Positions 18,525 through 26,182 of a DNA stretch of 64,000 nt are shown piece by piece. Below the pieces are notes generated by a model that did not search any database, was not told where the DNA came from, and saw nothing but the letters and a program-made list of their open reading frames with translations. This DNA comes from Syntrophales bacterium (GTDB lineage Bacteria; Desulfobacterota; Syntrophia; Syntrophales; UBA8958). The stretch's first letter is position 1, and each line of letters opens with the position of its first letter. Both the position numbers and the translations under genes were made by a program. The stretch spans positions 139,237-203,236 of the forward strand of contig JAOACW010000002.1 in the NCBI GenBank assembly GCA_026417625.1, read 5' to 3'.

Positions 18525-19544
18525 ATGGCGATACTTGTAACAGGTGGGACGGGTTTTATTGGAAGTCACACTGTTGTGGAGCTTATCGCAGCCGGATTTG
18601 AAGTCGTTATCATTGATAACCTCTCGAATAGTAGAAGAAGTGTTATTGACAGGATAGAGGTAATTACGGGGGAAAGACCCACATTTTACTTGGCCGATTT
18701 GAGAGATGAAGGGGCGTTGAAACGTATTTTTTCTGTAAATTACATTGAGGCTGTTGTTCATTTTGCTGGTCTTAAATCGGTTGCGGAATCTGTAGAGAGG
18801 CCACTCGATTATTACGATAATAACATTGTGTCCACTTTGATGCTGTGCAAAGCTATGAGGGAGGCAGGTGTTAAAAAGATAGTGTTTAGCTCCTCCGCCA
18901 CAGTTTACGGAGATCCTCAAAAAGTGCCCGTTTCTGAGGATGCTCCTCTGAACCCCATAAATCCTTATGGCAGAACGAAGTTAATAATCGAAAACATATT
19001 GCGTGACCTTCAAGGAGCGGATAGGGAGTGGAAAGTGGTTTTGCTTAGGTATTTCAATCCTGTTGGAGCTCATGCAACAGGCCTTTTAGGTGAGGATCCA
19101 CGAGGCATTCCCAATAACCTCATGCCTATTATTACTCAGGTAGCGGTCGGTAAGAGGGATAAACTTTTTGTGTTTGGAAGAGATTATCCCACACCAGATG
19201 GAACGGCTATACGTGATTATGTGCATGTCGTTGACCTTGCAAGGGGCCATGTGCAGGCTTTGAAATGGTTATTCAGTGCGGATCCGAGTGATGTCCTCAT
19301 CTTAAACCTCGGAACGGGTCGAGGGTACAGTGTGCTTGAAGTAATAAAGGCTTTTGAGGAGGCTTCGGGGAGAGCAATACCATATGAATTTACAGTTCGG
19401 CGTCCAGGAGACGTACCTGTTATCTATGCTGATCCTTCACGTGCCATGGAAGTGCTGCACTGGGAGGCTCATTATGATCTAAAGCGTATGTGTATTGATG
19501 CCTGGCGGTGGCAGTTTCAAAACCCCAGTGGATATCCCTATTGA
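18525..19544 (+). CDS. galE: UDP-glucose 4-epimerase
   Basis: MAILVTGGTGFIGSH.. and ..YGRTK... The canonical N-terminus begins at ATG 18525. The track ORF start (18474) would add 17 aa and lies inside the hairpin. Confidence 0.9.
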   Translation: MAILVTGGTGFIGSHTVVELIAAGFEVVIIDNLSNSRRSVIDRIEVITGERPTFYLADLRDEGALKRIFSVNYIEAVVHFAGLKSVAESVERPLDYYDNNIVSTLMLCKAMREAGVKKIVFSSSATVYGDPQKVPVSEDAPLNPINPYGRTKLIIENILRDLQGADREWKVVLLRYFNPVGAHATGLLGEDPRGIPNNLMPIITQVAVGKRDKLFVFGRDYPTPDGTAIRDYVHVVDLARGHVQALKWLFSADPSDVLILNLGTGRGYSVLEVIKAFEEASGRAIPYEFTVRRPGDVPVIYADPSRAMEVLHWEAHYDLKRMCIDAWRWQFQNPSGYPY

Positions 19545-19565
19545 ACTGAAAGAATTTTCCCCATT

Positions 19566-20360
19566 ATGTCTGTTCCTATCGTTACTTTAATTACCGATTT
19601 TGGCACTAAAGATCCCTTTGTGGGCCAAATGAAGGGTGTGATGTTGAGCATTAACCCTAGGATTGTTATCGTTGATGTTACGCATCAGATCCCTCCGTTT
19701 GACGTCAGAAAGGCTGCTTTCGTGGTGTCAGAGAGTTTTGGTTATTTTCCTCGAGGTACTATCCACGTCGCTGTGGTGGATCCAGGTGTCGGATCTGCAA
19801 GAAGGCCGATCATTGTTGCGGCTCAGGGTCATTTATTCGTGGGTCCGGACAACGGTATTTTTTCTCTGATAATTGACGCGGATGATAACTATAAAGTGAT
19901 AAAAATCGAAAACGTAAAGTTTTTCTTTCCTGAAAGAGGTTCAACATTTCATGCCAGAGATGTTTTTGCCCCAGTGGCAGCATGGTTAGCAAAAGGGATT
20001 CCTGTAGAGGATTTTGGTCCCCCTGTAGCGGATCCTGTCACACTGAACATAGATATTCCCTTGATTTTAAGTAACTCCATTAAGGGGAGAGTTGTGTATA
20101 TAGACAGGTTCGGGAACTGCATTACCAATATTCATAAAAGAATGTTGCCGCGGGAAGATATGAGTACTCAATGGGAAGTTCTCTGGAGAAACAGAACCGT
20201 TGAACTGGTAAGTCATTACGAAGCTGCATCAAAGGGCGATATCTTTGCCCTTTTCAACAGCTCGGGTTATCTTGAACTTTTTGTGTTTATGGGAAACTGC
20301 GCAGCTGAATGGAACTTTCTCTGTGGTGATGAGGTTGAGTTAGTCTTCCGATCCAAATGA
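19566..20360 (+). CDS. SAM hydroxide adenosyltransferase family protein (DUF62, fluorinase/chlorinase-like SAM hydrolase)
   Basis: ..TLITDFGTKDPFVGQMKGV.., ..VVDPGVGS.., ..GPDNG.. and ..DRFGN.. motifs characteristic of the family. Confidence 0.8.
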   Translation: MSVPIVTLITDFGTKDPFVGQMKGVMLSINPRIVIVDVTHQIPPFDVRKAAFVVSESFGYFPRGTIHVAVVDPGVGSARRPIIVAAQGHLFVGPDNGIFSLIIDADDNYKVIKIENVKFFFPERGSTFHARDVFAPVAAWLAKGIPVEDFGPPVADPVTLNIDIPLILSNSIKGRVVYIDRFGNCITNIHKRMLPREDMSTQWEVLWRNRTVELVSHYEAASKGDIFALFNSSGYLELFVFMGNCAAEWNFLCGDEVELVFRSK

Positions 20361-20366
20361 GAGTTT

Positions 20367-20456
20367 TTATTTCTTTTTATGGCGGTTCATTTTAAGCCTT
20401 TTTCTGTATTTGTGCTTGCTCATTTTTTTCCGTCTCTTCTTTACCACACTTCCCAT
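20367..20456 (-). CDS. 29-aa lysine/arginine-rich protein resembling ribosomal protein bS22 (AURKAIP1/COX24-like); not in the ORF track
   Basis: My translation of the minus strand is MGSVVKKRRKKMSKHKYRKRLKMNRHKKK*. A purine-rich AGGAAGGGAAG lies about 10 nt upstream of the ATG. It closely resembles the mycobacterial bS22 N-terminus as I recall it ([21 protein letters not shown]..). Confidence 0.65.
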   Translation of the reverse strand: MGSVVKKRRKKMSKHKYRKRLKMNRHKKK

Positions 20457-20529
20457 GGCCTAAACTTCCCTTCCTACGGTAATAAGAGCTCTACTACCAT
20501 AAAATCTATTAAGAGTACAGCAGATCTTA

Positions 20530-20868
20530 TCAGCCACCTTCCCAACCTTTAAAGCCCCTGAGAGTGGCTGTTAGCTTTTCTCCCAGATAATGATAAACCT
20601 CGTATTCCGTAACATTCCCAGTTACTTCGTCGATTTTGCTCTGTTTTGCTGTGCGTTCTGGACTTGCTTGCCATGATTTCCAGTCCTCTATACTTCGCCA
20701 TGTGCTGATCACTAGAAACTTATTCGGATCATCGGCGGAGACGAGAGTTTCACCACTAATGTAACCCGGTTGATTTACCGCTAATTTTCTCAGTTCTTTC
20801 ACGAGGTCTAGGACCTCTTTCTCTTTGCCCTGAGGGATTTGCCTCCGGATAAACACCTTAACAGCCAT
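20530..20868 (-). CDS. Antibiotic-biosynthesis-monooxygenase (ABM) domain protein
   Basis: 112 aa with ..FLVISTWRSIEDWKSWQASPER.. in a typical ferredoxin-like ABM pattern. Confidence 0.7.
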   Translation of the reverse strand: MAVKVFIRRQIPQGKEKEVLDLVKELRKLAVNQPGYISGETLVSADDPNKFLVISTWRSIEDWKSWQASPERTAKQSKIDEVTGNVTEYEVYHYLGEKLTATLRGFKGWEGG

Positions 20869-20903
20869 GCTGCCCCTCCTTTTGAAATGCTCTTTACGAT
20901 TTA

Positions 20904-20932
20904 AATTTAGAGTAACGGCTTTTTGGTGTCAA
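20904..20932 (-). promoter_or_regulatory. Sigma-70-type promoter for the ABM gene
   Basis: Minus strand TTGACA (20932-20927), 17-nt spacer, TAAATT (20909-20904). Confidence 0.45.
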
Positions 20933-21041
20933 TAGAAAAGAGAAAAAATTTTGTATCATTTACCGTAAGTGTAGACAAAAGTTTCTTTTAGAGGTAAATG
21001 TAAAACGAATGGACAGCTAGTTTTGAGGGGAGTTTTGGGCT

Positions 21042-21800
21042 ATGGATGATTACGGGGACCTCAAAATAATTGATGCTCACATTCACTGCGGGGTTCAGAA
21101 TGTCCATCAGCCTTTTGAAATGATTGTGGATTATCTTAAGACCGGTGGCATATCAGGGGCGTGTTTATTTGCCCCCGTTGAAGACGTATATGATCGCTAC
21201 GACTACAATTTTAAGGATAATGCTTTCTGGCAGGTGTGTCGTAAAAAAGCGAATGAGTATGTTTTAAAAATTCAGGAAACACACGAATTTTTTTGGGCCT
21301 TTTATTTTGTTTGGAACGATTTTCCTGTGTCGGAGTTGAAAAAAGGTTTCAGAGGTGTTAAATGGCATCGGCACGAATACGAGCCAGTGTATAATTATGA
21401 TGATCCTGCATGTGATACCTTTCTACAAACTGTTTTTCAACTTCGCCTACCTATTATTCTTGAAGAAACTTTCCATAACACGATAATGTTCATCTCTCGG
21501 GTTGATGGAAAAACACCGATTATTATACCCCATTTAGGGGCTCTAAATGGAGGGTTTTATGCGCTTTTTCATTCTGGGATATGGGATCTCGAAAATGTGT
21601 ACGCCGATACCGCACTTGCTTCGCAAGACGAAATAGAAGCTTTCATAAACCGGTACGGCGTGGAGAAACTGATTTTTGGTAGCGATTTCCCCTTTGGCAT
21701 ACCGTCCCATGAACTGTCTAAAGTTAGACGGTTAGGTCTTTCTATGCAGGACTTCGAAAAGGTAGTTTGTAAAAACATCAGACAGCTGATGGGTTGTTAG
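21042..21800 (+). CDS. Amidohydrolase-family (TIM-barrel metal-dependent hydrolase) protein
   Basis: ..IIDAHIHCG.. N-terminal metal motif, ..IIIPHLG.. and ..LIFGSDFPF... 252 aa. Confidence 0.7.
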   Translation: MDDYGDLKIIDAHIHCGVQNVHQPFEMIVDYLKTGGISGACLFAPVEDVYDRYDYNFKDNAFWQVCRKKANEYVLKIQETHEFFWAFYFVWNDFPVSELKKGFRGVKWHRHEYEPVYNYDDPACDTFLQTVFQLRLPIILEETFHNTIMFISRVDGKTPIIIPHLGALNGGFYALFHSGIWDLENVYADTALASQDEIEAFINRYGVEKLIFGSDFPFGIPSHELSKVRRLGLSMQDFEKVVCKNIRQLMGC

Positions 21801-22050
21801 AACCTTCCCTCGAGAGGATATTGATGGTCCTGTCTATAAGAATTACTGCAAATTCAGGTTCTTGGAGGGCTTTTTGGTATTCATCAAATGTGATGAAGTC
21901 ACTGTAATTTTCGTAAAGCGTTCCGATTATTTCCTCTAGCTCTGCTGAGGCGATGATTGCACTTCCTAAATCGGCACATCCCATAGAAGATATAGTGAAA
22001 CACAAAGCTATCCGTAAGGATTTTAGCTCCGATAATTTATCTTTAATCAT
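21778..22050 (-). CDS. Hypothetical 90-aa protein (doubtful)
   Basis: ORF only. No recognisable SD before ATG 22050, no motif recognised, and the 3' end overlaps the amidohydrolase gene by 23 nt. Confidence 0.3.
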   Translation of the reverse strand: MIKDKLSELKSLRIALCFTISSMGCADLGSAIIASAELEEIIGTLYENYSDFITFDEYQKALQEPEFAVILIDRTINILSREGSNNPSAV

Positions 22051-22178
22051 GCTTAAAGTTTACTTTTTAATTTTGGTTTATTTTTTTAACTTACGCGAGC
22101 TGAAAGGTCAAATGCAAATGTGGGAAGGAGAATTGAGAAAGATGATATCAAACTATTTTCCCAATTCCCCGTTTCCCT

Positions 22179-22976
22179 CTATGACTCTATGCCAATTTTC
22201 CTACCCAATTCTTTGAAGAATTTTGGGAATTCAGGCTGGAAGTTAAGGTTCATTGGTATGGGGTATGTTGCCCCGACTTTTTTGCCCGCTTCTTTTAGGT
22301 TTTCAAATAGTTCGCTGAGAAATGCGCCGGGAATCGCAAAAATCATTTCGTCATCCTGAGTAAGAGAGAAGATGCGATCTCCAGTGCCAGGAATAGCCAA
22401 ACGTGCATCCTGGGTTATGAAGGGAGCAATTAAATATTCAGAACATTCGACCTTGCCTCCGCAGGAACACATAACTCTGGTTCCTCTTCCATAAGTCCAT
22501 GCATGGATCAACCTCATGAGCTGGGCGGGATTACCATAGAAGACAACTGTGTCCGGTTTGAAGCTCGCTCTGTGTAAGGGGGAAAACAGGAGCGCACTGT
22601 ATTCGTTAGTTTTAAATGTATAGAGATTTTTTGCCTCCCTGTATCCGATTTCCTCGGTTTTTGAATAACTACCTTCGCACCACAGTTGAGACATCGTTTT
22701 AGCTGGATCTTCAGCAGTACTGAATCCAAAGACAATTGCACCAGGAACACAAACTACATCTTCCTTCGTGATACCTACAGTCCATCCATAGAGCCGAGCC
22801 ATAGATAATGCTTGACAGATGGAAACTTTTTTACCGAGCTGTTTAGATGGAGTTCTGGTTTTCTCCGGAAAATCGGAGGTATCTTTTAGAAATTTTGATG
22901 CAACAGGGTAGGACTTTAGCCTGATCGTATTTCTGATAAACTCACTTACTTCTTCAAGGTTCAAGTTTGTACTCAT
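22179..22976 (-). CDS. DUF169 domain protein
   Basis: ..YPVASKF.., ..SICQALSMARLYGWTVGITKEDVVCVPG.. and ..PGTGDRIF.. resemble DUF169 (COG2043) proteins. Confidence 0.7.
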   Translation of the reverse strand: MSTNLNLEEVSEFIRNTIRLKSYPVASKFLKDTSDFPEKTRTPSKQLGKKVSICQALSMARLYGWTVGITKEDVVCVPGAIVFGFSTAEDPAKTMSQLWCEGSYSKTEEIGYREAKNLYTFKTNEYSALLFSPLHRASFKPDTVVFYGNPAQLMRLIHAWTYGRGTRVMCSCGGKVECSEYLIAPFITQDARLAIPGTGDRIFSLTQDDEMIFAIPGAFLSELFENLKEAGKKVGATYPIPMNLNFQPEFPKFFKELGRKIGIES

Positions 22977-23156
22977 GGGAGAACCCTCCTCTTTTTTCGA
23001 TTTTTATACCATAGGTTTTATCTGGGATACTATTTTTTGTTTGTTTTAACACTGGACAGGTGTATCCATTATGAGTAAATTTTCTTTCTCAGAATTGTGC
23101 TAAAAACCTCTACTGTAAACTTGTGGGTAAGTAAAAGGGGGTTAACAGACTGAAGA

Positions 23157-26100
23157 ATGGGAAATAGTGTTGATCTTTATGTTGGTATAGATATCGGTAG
23201 TGTCAGTATAAATCTTGTTGTCATAAATGATAGAGAGGATTTGGTGTATGAGCGACCTTACGAAAGGCATTTTGGGAAAGTGGAGGAAAAATGTACTGAG
23301 GCGCTTTTCGATGTTTTAAATAGGTTTGGGTACGAAAGAGTAAGATCTGTTTCTTTTACGGGTAGTCACGGACGTAAGATCGCGGAGCGTTTGGGGTTGT
23401 TCTACGAGTTTGAAAGCATAACCCAAGTTATGGGTACTTTGAAGGTGTATCCAAATGCCAGAAGCATCATATGCATGGGCGGCCAGGATACATCCTTTTT
23501 CCAAATTGCTCACCATTATGAGGGGGAGTGGAGTATTGAGCATTTTTCAACCAACGGACCGTGTGCTGCAGGAACGGGTTCTTTTATTGATCAGCAGGCT
23601 GAGCGATTAAGTATTGCTATGTACGAGCGTGAAGCTGTAAGGGAGGTACATGAAATTGACAAAATTTTGAAGGATTTCATCACATTGGGAATGAAAAGTA
23701 ACTCTCCTGCTTGTGTGGCTTGTCGGTGTACCGTGTTCACTAAATCCGACATGATTCATCTGCAAAACAAAGGTGAAAAACTGGAGGATATAATTTACGG
23801 ACTTCACGTAGGAAATGCCCGAAACTACATAAGCACTATTATAGGGAATAGAATGGTTGCGGAACCTGTGATATTCATAGGTGGTCTTTCATTAAATGCA
23901 CTGCAGGTAAGAGCATTCAGGGAGTATTTCACGGAGCTTGTTATCCCTCCCTTAAGCACATCCCTGGGAGCTCTAGGTGTTGCTATTCTTGCACTGAGGG
24001 CAGGGGACAATAGGATTGTTAAACCTGAGGATATTGGAACCACCTCTGATCTTTCGACCAGTGGGACGCTGCCTGTTGGAGAGAGGTTGATCTTGGAGAA
24101 AACCGTTTTTCAGGATTCGGGTTTTCCTGAACCGGTGGAGACGGATGGGAAAATAAGGGTCTATCTGGGTATCGATGTGGGGAGCACTACTACAAAATAT
24201 GCTCTTGTGGATGAGCGGGGTAGGATTATTGGAAAGAGGTATGTAACTACTCGGGGAAGACCAATTGAGGTAACACAGGAGTTACTGAAGAATATTTGCG
24301 AAACATTTGGTGACAGACTGGAAATTCTTGGTGTAGCTACCACAGGTTCGGGGAGACATGTGGTGGGTGATTTTTTGAATGCAGACCTTATGGTGGATGA
24401 AATAACCGCCCATGCTAGGGGAGCCGTGGAGATAGATGGAGATGTGGATACTGTGTTCGAAATAGGAGGTCAGGATTCAAAGTACATCTACATACATAAT
24501 AGGAATCCTCTGGATTTCGATATGAACAAGGTTTGCGCTGCAGGAACAGGAAGCTTCTTACACGAGCTCGCCAGTAAATATGGAGTGAATATCGTCGGAG
24601 AGTTTCAGGATATCGCCATGAGCGCTGAACATCCCATAAAGCTGACAGAGAGATGTACTGTTTTTATGGAATCTGATCTCCTTTCTTACCACCAGAGAGG
24701 GGCCTGTCGGAATGATCTTCTTGCTGGTCTCTGTTATGCTATTGTTCACAATTACTTAAACAGGGTGGTAGGAAAAAGAAAAATTGGTAAAAGAATAATG
24801 TTTCTTGGAGGACCTTCACTAAACAAAGGGGTAGTTGCGGCGTTTGAGAAGGTTCTCGGCGTAGGTATTGTTGTACCCCCACATCGCGAGGTACTTGGAG
24901 CCTACGGAGCTGCTCTTTTTGTAAAGGAGTATATGGAGCACAGACCCTCGGTGCGATCGCGCTTCCGGTCCGTTAAGAGTGTTATAAACGACAAACTTGA
25001 CTATGTTGAGCGGGTCTGCAGGGCTGATGCCAACTGTCACAATCAGTGTAAATTGAAGATTTATGATTTTGATGGGAGGAAGAGTATCTGGGGTGGAGAG
25101 TGCGGGCGATACGAAATTTTAAAAAGTGTTGAACGGGTTGCGAAGAACTATTTTAAGGTGAGGGAGGAGATTCTACATTCGTTCATAGGAGATTTAGATA
25201 GTTTTTCTGTCAAGGAAGGTAAAGTTTTGTCTCCAGTTGTAGGTTTAGCCCGATGTCTCCACTTTTTCCAGACAGCTGTATTTTGGGTCTATTTTTTTAA
25301 TGAACTCGGAATGAATGTTGTGCTTACACCACCAACGGATACGCGTATCGCCGAAAGAGGAATAGAGCTTACCCTTGCCGAGACGTGTTTTCCCGTAAAA
25401 TTGAGTTACGGTCATTTCGAACTTTTAAAAGGTAAGGTGGATTACTTTTTTGCTCCCCATATGATCGATATGCCTGTTGCAAACCCTGGGGAGGTAGGCC
25501 TTTACTGTCCTTTAGTTCAGGCAAGTCCTTCTATGATTAACGCAGTACTCCAAATGGACAATTTTTTGGATCCTGTGGTTCGGTTAAACCAGGAACCGGA
25601 AATAGTTGCCCACGACCTTTACGTGCAGCTCAAGGGGAAGCTGTCCATCAAATTCAAGAAGGAAGATGTAAGAAGGGCGGTTGTGATTGGTTTGGAGAAA
25701 CACCGCGACTTCCAGAACAAGTTGATAGGTATCGGTCAGGAAGTTTTGAATGGGATTGACGATCGTGGTTGGATGGTTGTTGTAACAGGGCGTCCGTATA
25801 ACCTTTATGACGAAAGGATCAACCTACGCCTCGGATATCATTTGAGCCGTCTTGGGATCACTGCACTTCCCATGGATTTTTTGGATGTGCGTGGAGTAGA
25901 TCTCTCGGATTTTCCATCGATGTACTGGGGTTTGGGTGCTACTATTCTAAAGGTTGCTAAATTCATAAAGAATCATCCCCGCCTATTTGGTATTCACATC
26001 ACCAATTTTAGCTGTGGTCCCGATTCTTTTCTGGAGCATTTCTACCGGTATGTCATGGGCGACAAGCCGTATTTGATTCTCGAGATGGATGAGCACACAG

Positions 26101-26168
26101 CGGTTGCAGGAATGATGACCAGGATTGAGGCGTTCCGAAACGTTATCGAGAATGTAGTAAATACATGA
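23157..26168 (+). CDS. Tandem BcrA/BcrD/BadF/BadG/HgdC-type ATPase (activase x2) fused to a DUF2229-like C-terminal domain
   Basis: Two actin-fold ATPase modules (GIDIGSVS.. at the N-terminus; GIDVGSTTTKY.. at about aa 337). Each has ..CAAGTGSF.. and ..RCTVF.. cysteines. The C-terminal 400 aa carry CX5CX3CX17C, ETCFPVK and FSCGPDS motifs. Confidence 0.8.
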   Translation: MGNSVDLYVGIDIGSVSINLVVINDREDLVYERPYERHFGKVEEKCTEALFDVLNRFGYERVRSVSFTGSHGRKIAERLGLFYEFESITQVMGTLKVYPNARSIICMGGQDTSFFQIAHHYEGEWSIEHFSTNGPCAAGTGSFIDQQAERLSIAMYEREAVREVHEIDKILKDFITLGMKSNSPACVACRCTVFTKSDMIHLQNKGEKLEDIIYGLHVGNARNYISTIIGNRMVAEPVIFIGGLSLNALQVRAFREYFTELVIPPLSTSLGALGVAILALRAGDNRIVKPEDIGTTSDLSTSGTLPVGERLILEKTVFQDSGFPEPVETDGKIRVYLGIDVGSTTTKYALVDERGRIIGKRYVTTRGRPIEVTQELLKNICETFGDRLEILGVATTGSGRHVVGDFLNADLMVDEITAHARGAVEIDGDVDTVFEIGGQDSKYIYIHNRNPLDFDMNKVCAAGTGSFLHELASKYGVNIVGEFQDIAMSAEHPIKLTERCTVFMESDLLSYHQRGACRNDLLAGLCYAIVHNYLNRVVGKRKIGKRIMFLGGPSLNKGVVAAFEKVLGVGIVVPPHREVLGAYGAALFVKEYMEHRPSVRSRFRSVKSVINDKLDYVERVCRADANCHNQCKLKIYDFDGRKSIWGGECGRYEILKSVERVAKNYFKVREEILHSFIGDLDSFSVKEGKVLSPVVGLARCLHFFQTAVFWVYFFNELGMNVVLTPPTDTRIAERGIELTLAETCFPVKLSYGHFELLKGKVDYFFAPHMIDMPVANPGEVGLYCPLVQASPSMINAVLQMDNFLDPVVRLNQEPEIVAHDLYVQLKGKLSIKFKKEDVRRAVVIGLEKHRDFQNKLIGIGQEVLNGIDDRGWMVVVTGRPYNLYDERINLRLGYHLSRLGITALPMDFLDVRGVDLSDFPSMYWGLGATILKVAKFIKNHPRLFGIHITNFSCGPDSFLEHFYRYVMGDKPYLILEMDEHTAVAGMMTRIEAFRNVIENVVNT

Positions 26169-26182
26169 GGTAAAGCGTAGTT

